Virus record (IMG/VR): IMGVR_UViG_3300012928_000004
Span: 1-62,298 of that record
DNA: 62,298 nt
Source: a virus
Lineage: Duplodnaviria > Caudoviricetes
Strand: one strand, 5' to 3'
The position numbers and the translations under genes were made by a program. The first letter of the stretch is position 1. Every line of letters begins with the position of its first letter. This document shows, one piece after another, positions 1 through 8,844 of the stretch. The notes under the pieces were generated by a model, which searched no databases, was not told the DNA's origin, and worked only from the letters and a program-made list of their open reading frames with translations.

Positions 1-358
1 TGGACTTAAATACGCTGCATCAACAATTATATATCTATCAAAAAAGAAGGAAAAGGATGGTAAGACGGTTGTTGGAAATATTATCAAATGTAAAACCACC
101 AAGTCCAGACTAACAAAGGAGAATAACGAGATTGAGACCCGACTTTATTACGACAAGCGTGGACTGGATAAGTATTACGGACTACTGGAGTTGGGTGAAA
201 AGTATGGAGTCTTCCAACGCAAGGGCAATCGTGTCGTTGTTGGTGAATCTTCCGTTTATCCTTCTGCTATTCTTGCCTCTCCTGACAAATATTTCACGCC
301 CGAAGTAATGCAAGCACTGGATGAGTGTGCTGCTAAGGAGTTTAGATATGGATCTTAA
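1..358 (+). CDS. uvsX: UvsX RecA-like recombinase, C-terminal part (5' truncated by window)
   Basis: Frame from nt 2 reads GLKYAASTIIYLSKKKEKDGKTVVGNIIKCKTTKSRLTKEN...AKEFRYGS*, stop TAA 356-358; upstream of gp41 as in T4-like cyanophages. Confidence 0.9.
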   Translation, partial: GLKYAASTIIYLSKKKEKDGKTVVGNIIKCKTTKSRLTKENNEIETRLYYDKRGLDKYYGLLELGEKYGVFQRKGNRVVVGESSVYPSAILASPDKYFTPEVMQALDECAAKEFRYGS

Positions 359-905
359 AGAATACATTCGTATCTATGACGATGTATTAGATTACAATGT
401 GTGTAAGAATGCTGTTGAATTATTCAAGCATGATGAAAACGTTGTTACACTGAAAGAACCACAGATGTCTTCTCTCAATCTGACCATTGAGTCAGAGCAA
501 AAGAAACATCCAGAGTGGACTGCTGTGCATAACCATTTACTACAAGTCATCTCTGCTGCTGCTCAACAGTATGCTATTGAGATGAAGATGGATAAGTATT
601 GGCCAAGAGAAAACAGTCTAGAGCAAATTAAGATGCATAAATACTGTGCCTCTTCTGGTGATAAGTTTGATTCTCACATTGATGTAGGAAACTACGAGTC
701 AGCACGTCGTTTTTGTGGATTCTTTTTGTATCTAAACGACGTTGACCAAGGTGGAGAAACTTTCTTTGACCACCTAGACTACAAAATTGCAGCAAAGTGT
801 GGTAGAATCGTGTTGTTCCCAAGCAACTGGATGTATCCCTACGCTGAATTGCCTGCTGAGTCTAACGACAAATACACTGTGACCACATATTTACATTATC
901 TATGA
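348..905 (+). CDS. 2OG-Fe(II) oxygenase (P4H-like), distal His apparently replaced by Tyr
   Basis: HID, FLYLNDVDQGGETFF, LFPSNWMYPY; start at ATG 348 overlapping uvsX stop. Confidence 0.8.
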   Translation: MDLKEYIRIYDDVLDYNVCKNAVELFKHDENVVTLKEPQMSSLNLTIESEQKKHPEWTAVHNHLLQVISAAAQQYAIEMKMDKYWPRENSLEQIKMHKYCASSGDKFDSHIDVGNYESARRFCGFFLYLNDVDQGGETFFDHLDYKIAAKCGRIVLFPSNWMYPYAELPAESNDKYTVTTYLHYL

Positions 906-2284
906 GTCTAAGAATTGAAGAGGTCGCCCTAAGTAAACTCATCCTCAACGATGAATACTGTAGGAAAGTCCTGCCCTTTGTCAAACCAGAATACTTTGAT
1001 GTCTTTAACCACAAAGTATTGTTTGAAACCCTTGCTGAATATGTCAGTGAGTTTGATGTAACACCAGAGCCTAATGCTCTGATGATTGAGGTTGAGAAGA
1101 GGAAGGATATTACTGAAGATATCTACAATGATATCACTAAATTTCTTGATAACTTAGACAGAGACCACTACAACGATGAGTGGTTGATTGATACCACAGA
1201 AAAGTGGTGCAAAGAAAGAGCAATTTATCTTGCCTTGATGGAGTCTGTAAAGATTGCTGACGGTCAAGACAAGACTCGCACTAAAGATGCTATTCCTAGT
1301 ATCATGTCTGATGCTCTTGGGGTTTGCTTTGATGACCATGTTGGACACGATTACTTACAAGACTCTGATGACCGCTATGATTTTTACCACAGGAAGGAAG
1401 AAAAGATTCCTTTCGACTTGGAATATTTTAACAAGATTACAAAAGGTGGGTTGCCTAATAAGACTCTCAATATCGCACTCGCTGGTACAGGTGTCGGCAA
1501 GTCTCTATTCATGTGCCACATGGCTAGTGCCTGCCTCTTGCAAGGGCGCAACGTTCTCTACATTACATGTGAAATGGCAGAGGAGAAGATTGCTGAACGA
1601 ATTGATGCAAACCTCCTCGACACCCCAATCCAAATCCTAAGCGACCCACTGTTTACTAAAGCAAAGTATCGTGCTAAGATGGATAAGTTGAGACAGAAGA
1701 CACAGGGTAAACTTGTTGTCAAGGAATACCCTACTGCTTCTGCTCACGTCGGTCACTTCGAGTCACTATTAAATGAGTTGTCCCTTAAAAAAGGGTTTGC
1801 CCCTGACATTATTTTTGTTGACTATCTCAACATCTGTGCTAGTAGTAGGTATAAAGGCACTATTGTAAACTCATATACCTATGTGAAAGCAATCGCTGAA
1901 GAGTTGCGTGGACTGGCAGGTAAAATGAATGTGCCTATCATGTCTGCAACTCAGACCACTCGCTCTGGATATGGTAACTCTAATGTAGAGATTACTGATA
2001 CCAGTGAATCGTTTGGTCTACCTGCTACCGCTGACCTTATGTTTGCTCTTATCTCTACAGAAGATATGGAGCAGTTAGGACAGATTATGGTCAAGCAGTT
2101 GAAGAATAGATATAATGACCCAACAATGTATAAGCGATTCGTTGTTGGTATTGACAGAGCGAAGATGAGACTGTATGATTGTGAGCAGTCAGCACAGGAA
2201 GACATCATCGACGCTGGGGATATCCCTGACAATCCTATATCGTATACCAAAACAAAACAATCATTCGACGGATTCAAAGTTTAA
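902..2284 (+). CDS. gp41: Replicative DNA helicase gp41
   Basis: Walker A AGTGVGKS, IFVDYLNIC, SATQTTR, SESFGLPATAD, KQLKNRY. Confidence 0.97.
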   Translation: MSLRIEEVALSKLILNDEYCRKVLPFVKPEYFDVFNHKVLFETLAEYVSEFDVTPEPNALMIEVEKRKDITEDIYNDITKFLDNLDRDHYNDEWLIDTTEKWCKERAIYLALMESVKIADGQDKTRTKDAIPSIMSDALGVCFDDHVGHDYLQDSDDRYDFYHRKEEKIPFDLEYFNKITKGGLPNKTLNIALAGTGVGKSLFMCHMASACLLQGRNVLYITCEMAEEKIAERIDANLLDTPIQILSDPLFTKAKYRAKMDKLRQKTQGKLVVKEYPTASAHVGHFESLLNELSLKKGFAPDIIFVDYLNICASSRYKGTIVNSYTYVKAIAEELRGLAGKMNVPIMSATQTTRSGYGNSNVEITDTSESFGLPATADLMFALISTEDMEQLGQIMVKQLKNRYNDPTMYKRFVVGIDRAKMRLYDCEQSAQEDIIDAGDIPDNPISYTKTKQSFDGFKV

Positions 2285-2285
2285 C

Positions 2286-2942
2286 ATGAATGTAAACAAA
2301 TTTACTAATGAGTTTGACCCTAACAGAGGGGGAGACGACAAAGCAGCAGAAGAAATTAACAGTGCTGCTCGTGACAAAGTAGATGAGGCAGAGCAGTCTG
2401 CACGTAAGGAGATGGATGACACTCCTAAAGATGCTGAGGCAATGAAAGAGAAGATGGGCACTGCTCCCGCTTCAAAGAAAAGAGTTGATAAAAAACTCAA
2501 GGAAAAGAAAGAGGCCGAAAAGAAAGGCAACGAGAAATTTGAGATTGACCTTGACAAATACACTGAGTTTGTTGACCGTGTTACCTCAGATGCATCTAAA
2601 GATATCAATGTCCTGTTGAATCGCTACGGTGAGTTGAAGAAAGCAGGTTGTAACATTGAGCGTCTTGACACAGCAGCATCTGGTATGTCTGCAGAGGGTG
2701 GAGAATTTATGGAGATTGTTAAGAAACTGAAGTTTCAAGGCAAACCATACGACGCTGCTACTAAAGAGCACCTGCAAAAAGAATTGGGTGATATCATGTG
2801 GTATGTTGCACAGGCAGCACTCGCTCTTGACACACGACTTGATGAAATTATCTACATCAATACACTGAAACTTGCAGCAAGATATCCTGGTGGTATGTTT
2901 GAGGTTGGTTACTCTGAGAATCGTGCACCTGGTGACATTTAA
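2286..2942 (+). CDS. mazG: MazG-like NTP pyrophosphohydrolase with charged N-terminal extension
   Basis: AEGGEFMEIVKK...KELGDIMWY...KLAARYP; follows gp41. Confidence 0.9.
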   Translation: MNVNKFTNEFDPNRGGDDKAAEEINSAARDKVDEAEQSARKEMDDTPKDAEAMKEKMGTAPASKKRVDKKLKEKKEAEKKGNEKFEIDLDKYTEFVDRVTSDASKDINVLLNRYGELKKAGCNIERLDTAASGMSAEGGEFMEIVKKLKFQGKPYDAATKEHLQKELGDIMWYVAQAALALDTRLDEIIYINTLKLAARYPGGMFEVGYSENRAPGDI

Positions 2943-3544
2943 TGCAGAGCATCATCCCCTCTAACCTTGGATGGTTAGAGGATAAACTTAAACCCGAAGA
3001 GTCTAAACGACTGTGGGATTATATTAGCAAGGCTAAGGATGATGCTAAGTTAGAATTACTAGGGCATATGCACAGTAGTCTTTATCTAAATGATGAAGAC
3101 GACTGGTTTTTTAATAATGTATGTCCACGATTCATTCAAAGATATGGAGATGAGTTTGGTCCTTTCTCTCTTCCTACTGCACGTGCACATCCATACATGA
3201 TTGATAATCTATGGGTCAATGTACAGAAAGAGACAGAATATAATCCATTTCATAACCACTTTGGTGTCTACAGTTTTGTTATCTGGTTAAACATACCAAC
3301 AGACTGGAGAGAGCAGTATGCCTTATGTGATAACTCCAAGGGCACAGCATCTAATTTTGAATTTCACTTCACTAATATCCTAGGTGAGATTACATCTTAT
3401 CAGTATCAACTAGATAAGAGTTGGGAAGATACTATGTTATTCTTTCCGTCAAAATTAAACCATGGTGTCTATCCATATTTTAACTGTGGTGAGAATAGAA
3501 TCAGTGTATCTGGAAACCTATGTCTAAATACTATGGTACAGTAA
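2942..3544 (+). CDS. Putative 2OG-Fe(II) oxygenase (HxH type)
   Basis: WVN..EYNPFHNH, SFVIW, FFPSKLNHGV, RISVSGN. Confidence 0.8.
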   Translation: MQSIIPSNLGWLEDKLKPEESKRLWDYISKAKDDAKLELLGHMHSSLYLNDEDDWFFNNVCPRFIQRYGDEFGPFSLPTARAHPYMIDNLWVNVQKETEYNPFHNHFGVYSFVIWLNIPTDWREQYALCDNSKGTASNFEFHFTNILGEITSYQYQLDKSWEDTMLFFPSKLNHGVYPYFNCGENRISVSGNLCLNTMVQ

Positions 3545-3553
3545 ACCATAGAT

Positions 3554-4912
3554 ATGGCTAAGGCAAATACAGAAGACGAAATTCTGCTAGCCACTAACAA
3601 AGTCCTTAGAGATTATGACTCTGAGATAATGAGTGCGTCGTCAAAGATGACCCGCATTCGTATCATCAGTGGTGATAGAGTAAAGGCAAAGCAGTCAATT
3701 GAAAGTGCCCTATTACAAGAGCAGATTGAATACTTTGATGCTCTAAAACATCCTAACTATGCAAGAGGATGGCCAGTATCTAGTTTCTCTGGCACAGTAG
3801 TTGAATCTACACAAGGCACACTAACTGAATTTGTATATAAACAGAAAGGTGGTGGAGGAAGTGGTGCTGGTGCCGACATCACAAAGTTAACTGAGTCTGC
3901 ACAGTGTGTATTTGCTGCAGTAAGAGCAGTCACTGGTAAGTCTGATAGTGCTACAGTATTTGACGTTAGTAATATAAGGAAAGCATCTTCAAAGTTTGAT
4001 ATCCCTGCTGACATAGCAAGGAATGATTGTGAGAGAATAAGAAGAGACTTGACAGAAGATTGGATATCATCATGTGACAAGGGTGCCGCTAAGATAATTG
4101 AGAAGTTAGGTAAGAATTACATCTTCCATAGAGGGTCTAAGACTGTCGATAGAATCGAAGGTGCCTTCAAGAGAGTATCTAAGAAGGAAGGTATCAGGAT
4201 GGACCAAAACAAATGGTCTCCTGCTGACATATATCTAATCTCCTCTGCTTTTAATCCTGATTGTTTGGGTGAAGAAGAAAGCATACGAGGATTGAATCAG
4301 TGTATGCAAGAAAGAATACAAAAGAATGTTGCTATTGGTGTATCACTTAAGAAGATAACTGGTGGTGCAGTCATGAAACCTATTAACTTTGATAAGAAAC
4401 AAAAGACTGAGCAGAAGTTTTCTAGATTTGAAATGGGAAAGAAATCTTTAGACGGATACATACATTTCCAGTCTGGAGTTAAGATTCAGTTCAGGACTTT
4501 CGGTGGTAGTAAGTTAACTGGTTGGCAAGGTGAGGTCAAAGGTGCATCAGCAAACCAAGGAAAGATATCTCTTGGTCCTGTCAACCTCTTGATTAAACAA
4601 CATATAGGTGGAGCAAAACAAATTCCTACAACTGCAGCACGTATGGTGGTCAATAACAGAGACCAAGTAATTGCTGACATTAAGAAGGGTATGGCCAAGT
4701 TTGCAAAGGCATCACCTAATGAGTTAAAACTTATCTTTGAAGACCCTAAAATTATTACAGACCCATTCCTATACTCTAAGTGGCAGGCAGTCAAACTATT
4801 TGAATTGATTGACAGTCTCCCTAAGAATAAGAAGGACCAACTCTGTGAGGATTTCTTGCTGTATGCATCATCACAGTCAAGCATCTCAGCACCCTACTAC
4901 AAGCTTGAGTAG
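3554..4912 (+). CDS. Hypothetical protein, probable PD-(D/E)XK restriction-endonuclease-like fold
   Basis: 452-aa ORF; KLTESAQC helix, KWSPADIYL and IGVSLKK motifs; late promoter TAAATA at 3525-3530. Confidence 0.55.
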   Translation: MAKANTEDEILLATNKVLRDYDSEIMSASSKMTRIRIISGDRVKAKQSIESALLQEQIEYFDALKHPNYARGWPVSSFSGTVVESTQGTLTEFVYKQKGGGGSGAGADITKLTESAQCVFAAVRAVTGKSDSATVFDVSNIRKASSKFDIPADIARNDCERIRRDLTEDWISSCDKGAAKIIEKLGKNYIFHRGSKTVDRIEGAFKRVSKKEGIRMDQNKWSPADIYLISSAFNPDCLGEEESIRGLNQCMQERIQKNVAIGVSLKKITGGAVMKPINFDKKQKTEQKFSRFEMGKKSLDGYIHFQSGVKIQFRTFGGSKLTGWQGEVKGASANQGKISLGPVNLLIKQHIGGAKQIPTTAARMVVNNRDQVIADIKKGMAKFAKASPNELKLIFEDPKIITDPFLYSKWQAVKLFELIDSLPKNKKDQLCEDFLLYASSQSSISAPYYKLE

Positions 4913-4918
4913 GTTGCC

Positions 4919-4964
4919 AAACTGTCCACTCTGACTCGACACTGCCCCCATTCTGCCCTATAAT
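4919..4964 (+). promoter_or_regulatory. Early sigma70-type promoter with upstream AAACTGTCCAC box; probably leaderless mRNA
   Basis: TCGACA (4936-41), 17 bp, TATAAT (4959-64); ATG 6 nt later at 4971. Confidence 0.7.
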
Positions 4965-4970
4965 ATAGAC

Positions 4971-6155
4971 ATGGCAAAAAACACACACCTAGAGCACCTA
5001 GAAGATGACATCTTTAATGAAGGGTCTGCTGGTGCTACCAATGCTCTCAACTTCCTCAAAGCTCTCCGTGATATGCTTTCAGAGGGTAGTGGTGGGTCAA
5101 AAGTAAAGATTACTACTAAGTGGGATGGTGCCCCCGCTGTTATATGTGGTCGCGACCCAGAAAACGGGAAGTTTTTTGTTGGCACCAAGTCTGTATTTAA
5201 TAAGGTAGACGCTAAGATTGTATACACTGATGAGGATGCTGATAGACTTTACGGTGGGTCCACTGTAGGTAGCATTCTTAAGTTGTGTCTTAAGTATCTG
5301 AGTGACCTTCCTATCAAGGGTGTGCTACAGGGTGACCTGTTGTATAGTAAACCACTTAGTAAGATGAGTGGTGAGTATAAATTCAAACCAAACACCATCA
5401 CCTATGTGTTAGATGCTAAGTCGCCTATGGGTATGAAGGTAGGTGCTAGTAAGATGGGCATTGTATTTCACACCACATATACTGGTAACAGTATGTCATC
5501 CCTGTCTGCAGGTTTCGGTGTAGATGTATCCAATCTACAGGGTGTTAAGAATGTAGCAGTATTCTCTTCATCCTTTGACAATATCGGTGGTGCTGCTAAC
5601 CTGACACCTGCTGAGAAGTCTAAACTAAACAGTGTGATTCTATCTGCAGAGAAGTCACTTGCCTCTGGTGGTAAATTCCTTGACACTATCCAAGGTGGTA
5701 AGGGACCCTTCAGTCTACCTGCATTGTTTAAGGTATACTTCAACCAGATTATTAGAGGTGGTAAGATTCCTACCTCGTCATCACAGATGGCAAATGGTTT
5801 CAAACAATTCGTTAGCACTAAGTATACCACTGAGATTGAGAAGAAAAAGACTCTCAAATCTAAGTTAGATTGGACGGAAAGAAAAGCAGAGTCGCTTAAA
5901 TACCTAAATACTAATAGTAATATGATGAATTCTGCACTTGATGGTTTCAAAAACCTGATGGATGCTAAAGTTTTAATCATAAATAAACTCATACAAATCA
6001 AAAGTATTGGGACATTCCTTGAGACAGAGAATGGATTACGTGCCACAAACCCAGAAGGCTTCGTTGCTATCAGGGATGGTGCGGCACTTAAACTTGTAGA
6101 TAGACTGGAATTCTCCAGAGCTAATTTCACTGTTGCTAAAGATTGGGGTAAATGA
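4971..6155 (+). CDS. Conserved cyanophage protein with ATP-dependent ligase/nucleotidyltransferase motifs (RNA-ligase-like)
   Basis: TKWDGAP (I), LQGDL (III), IVFH (IIIa), PEGFV (IV), ALKLV (V) in the correct order. Confidence 0.65.
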   Translation: MAKNTHLEHLEDDIFNEGSAGATNALNFLKALRDMLSEGSGGSKVKITTKWDGAPAVICGRDPENGKFFVGTKSVFNKVDAKIVYTDEDADRLYGGSTVGSILKLCLKYLSDLPIKGVLQGDLLYSKPLSKMSGEYKFKPNTITYVLDAKSPMGMKVGASKMGIVFHTTYTGNSMSSLSAGFGVDVSNLQGVKNVAVFSSSFDNIGGAANLTPAEKSKLNSVILSAEKSLASGGKFLDTIQGGKGPFSLPALFKVYFNQIIRGGKIPTSSSQMANGFKQFVSTKYTTEIEKKKTLKSKLDWTERKAESLKYLNTNSNMMNSALDGFKNLMDAKVLIINKLIQIKSIGTFLETENGLRATNPEGFVAIRDGAALKLVDRLEFSRANFTVAKDWGK

Positions 6156-7273
6156 AATTTCTAGAATTTATTAAAGAGGCAGCGGCACAAGCTGCAAAGA
6201 CAAAGAAACCTTCCACCTCATCGAAGGGTAAATCTGCTGCGGATAAAAAACTTGATGATAAGCATGTTGCTATTACTTTCGGCAGGTTTAATCCTCCCCA
6301 CGCTGGTCATGGTAAACTTCTTGATGCGGTTAAAGCACATGGAGGAGACTCAGGAAACTACAGAATCTATCCCTCAAGGTCACAAGACCACAAGAAGAAT
6401 CCCTTAAGTGCTCAACAAAAAGTTGACCACATGAGGAAGATGTTTAAGCAACATAAGGACGCAATACAAAACAACGAGGCACACAGGAATGTGTTTGATG
6501 TGTTACGTGACCTTCACGATGAAGGACATGAGCATGTTACTATGGTTGTAGGAGATGACCGAGTAAAAGAGTTTGAAGGACTCACTAACAAATACAACGG
6601 TATCCACTACGACTTCAAGAGTATTAATATTAAGTCGGCAGGTGCACGGTCGAATGATTCTGAGGACCCTATCGAGAATCTATCAGCATCTAAGATGCGT
6701 AAACATGCACAGTCTGGAGACCACGACTCATTCCACGGTGGCACTGGTGGTTACAAGGACTCCAAGAAACTGATGGCAGATGTCATCGCAGGCATGACAC
6801 CACCACCCAAGGCAAAGAAACCTAAGAAGGGTGAGTCTGTCCATGAATCTGTATGGGAGTATGCTCCTAAACTGGACTTTGATTCCTTCCGTGACTTCTA
6901 TATGCTTAACCATATCTTTAAGGTAGGTGCACTTGTAGAGCATGACGACAGTGGTATTCGTGGTAACATTGTCCACAGAGGACCAAACTATATTATTATG
7001 AAAGATGGATACGGTGGAGAGCATCGTGCATGGTTACAACATGTGTCTGAAGTAGCACAGTTAGGACCATCAGACCTCAGTCACCAACAAGAAGTTGCTG
7101 CTGACACTACTAAAGACCAGAGTAACTACTCTGCTGATGACGGTAGTGGTAACACATGGAAAGCAGGCACTGATAGATACAGAGAAGCACTACAGAATCT
7201 GACACCTGGTCAAAAACCTGTTAAATTCTCTGACTTTAATGCTCGCATTAGAAAAACAGCTTCAACTAAATAG
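6152..7273 (+). CDS. Cytidylyltransferase-like (HxGH) nucleotidyltransferase with capsid-targeting-like N-terminus
   Basis: TFGRFNPPHAGH, KNPL, MVVGDDR, SASKMR; N-terminus MKFLEFIKE. Confidence 0.85.
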   Translation: MKFLEFIKEAAAQAAKTKKPSTSSKGKSAADKKLDDKHVAITFGRFNPPHAGHGKLLDAVKAHGGDSGNYRIYPSRSQDHKKNPLSAQQKVDHMRKMFKQHKDAIQNNEAHRNVFDVLRDLHDEGHEHVTMVVGDDRVKEFEGLTNKYNGIHYDFKSINIKSAGARSNDSEDPIENLSASKMRKHAQSGDHDSFHGGTGGYKDSKKLMADVIAGMTPPPKAKKPKKGESVHESVWEYAPKLDFDSFRDFYMLNHIFKVGALVEHDDSGIRGNIVHRGPNYIIMKDGYGGEHRAWLQHVSEVAQLGPSDLSHQQEVAADTTKDQSNYSADDGSGNTWKAGTDRYREALQNLTPGQKPVKFSDFNARIRKTASTK

Positions 7274-7298
7274 TATCGTATAGATTTACTTACAACCA

Positions 7299-8174
7299 AT
7301 GACGTTAGAAATGCTGGTCTCTGCAGCACTGATGAACTATACTCAGCAGGAGCAGGGCAAAATTCTACAAGCTATCGAAGAGGATAGACTTCCTAACTCC
7401 ACCCGTCTACAGGAGGGTGTATACAAAGTTATGGAAGCATTCGATGCATATGAACCCGTCGTTGAGGGGTATGCTGGATTCAAGATTGACCGTGAGTCAG
7501 TCGCGAAGAAAAAGAAAGAGCATGGTGACGACCGTAATGTTGGTCGTGTTGTGCAATCAGGTGGTGATTCAATGCTTATCACTGGTAAGAAAGCAGATGG
7601 ACGCTACATCGTTGTCGGTAAGAAAGGTGAGAAGTCTGCACGTGACGCAGCAGACCTTGGGGTAACCAAGAAAGAAGAAGTCATCGGTATTGACATTGAA
7701 GACCTCCATACACAAATGCTTGAGGGCATGAAGCAAGCACGTGCAAACGTTGGTGCAAGCAAGTGTTGGGATGGTTATAAGGCTAAGGGCACTAAGAAGA
7801 AGGGCGACAAAGAAGTCCCTAACTGTGTCAAAGAAGAAGAAATTGAAGAGCGTTACAAAGGTAAGCACGGACAATCTGAGAAAGAGTATCAAGACGGTCG
7901 CTCACAAGGTGGCAAGATGGTCTCTGGTGACTCTAAGATGAGTGGTGCAAAATACTCTCACGGTAGCAGAGTATCTGATGGTGGCGCTGGTCCTCAACCT
8001 GCTGGCGGTTCTAAGAAACCAAAAGCACAAGGTAAGATGGACAACTGGGGCAGAAATGAATTGAAAATGCGTAAAGCAAATCTCAAAGCAAAGAATGAGG
8101 ACTTTATAAATAAACTGTCTACCTCAGGATTGTTTACTGAGGATGAGCTACAGAAAATGGGAGAGATGGAATGA
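7299..8174 (+). CDS. Hypothetical protein, likely internal head/virion protein
   Basis: Late promoter TAAATA 7267-72; CWDGYK..KKKG..VPNCVKE motif; Lys/Gly-rich; several hydrophobic-X-E sites. Confidence 0.6.
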   Translation: MTLEMLVSAALMNYTQQEQGKILQAIEEDRLPNSTRLQEGVYKVMEAFDAYEPVVEGYAGFKIDRESVAKKKKEHGDDRNVGRVVQSGGDSMLITGKKADGRYIVVGKKGEKSARDAADLGVTKKEEVIGIDIEDLHTQMLEGMKQARANVGASKCWDGYKAKGTKKKGDKEVPNCVKEEEIEERYKGKHGQSEKEYQDGRSQGGKMVSGDSKMSGAKYSHGSRVSDGGAGPQPAGGSKKPKAQGKMDNWGRNELKMRKANLKAKNEDFINKLSTSGLFTEDELQKMGEME

Positions 8175-8560
8175 ATCCTAAGCCTAATGGTGAGCGTAAT
8201 TATCTACCGACCAAAAAGAAAGGAAACGTAACTATCAATCCTAAAAAGGAGGACCTTATGTCTGAAAATTTAAGAAGGAGAATCCAATCATCGGTAGATG
8301 AATTGAGAGAATCCGCAAAGAAGAAAGCAAAACATATCAAAGCTGCTAAAGCGGGTAAGCGTTGGCAAGACTCTGATGGCGATGGCAAATGGTATGAGCC
8401 TGGTCAGGATGTGAAGAAAGAAGCAGTCGAAGCACCTGAAAAACCTGCCTCAGTCGATGACTCTGCAGCGAAGAAAGCAGCAAAGGATAGAATGAAGGCA
8501 AAGATGATGCAAGCCACTCAAGATATGGATGCAAAGAAGAGTGGACGTATGGCAGGATAA
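8171..8560 (+). CDS. Hypothetical basic protein (late)
   Basis: 129-aa ORF overlapping previous stop; WQDSDGDGKWYE motif; TATAAATA near 8105. Confidence 0.65.
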   Translation: MNPKPNGERNYLPTKKKGNVTINPKKEDLMSENLRRRIQSSVDELRESAKKKAKHIKAAKAGKRWQDSDGDGKWYEPGQDVKKEAVEAPEKPASVDDSAAKKAAKDRMKAKMMQATQDMDAKKSGRMAG

Positions 8561-8596
8561 GAGCCTATATAGGGTAGACCCTATTGGTGATATCAA

Positions 8597-8797
8597 ATGC
8601 TAAATTTCCTTCTTCCTATTGCATACAAAGTAGTAGACAATGCTGTTGCAAAGATTCCTGATGACGCAGAGCTCGGTGAAAAACTGATTGATATCTGTCT
8701 GTTGATTCTTGGCAAAGCAGTGAAACTAACAAAGACTACTGCTGACGATGAATTGCTTGCTCGTGTAAGCGAAGCTATTAAGGCACGCCCAGAGTAA
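8597..8797 (+). CDS. Hypothetical protein
   Basis: 66-aa ORF in gene-dense + strand run. Confidence 0.65.
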   Translation: MLNFLLPIAYKVVDNAVAKIPDDAELGEKLIDICLLILGKAVKLTKTTADDELLARVSEAIKARPE

Positions 8798-8803
8798 TCA
8801 TTG

Positions 8804-8811
8804 TATAAATA
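8804..8811 (+). promoter_or_regulatory. T4-type late promoter
   Basis: TATAAATA upstream of structural gene at 8845. Confidence 0.75.
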
Positions 8812-8844
8812 ACTTGTAGGAATACAACTTGTCCTCGGAGTAAA

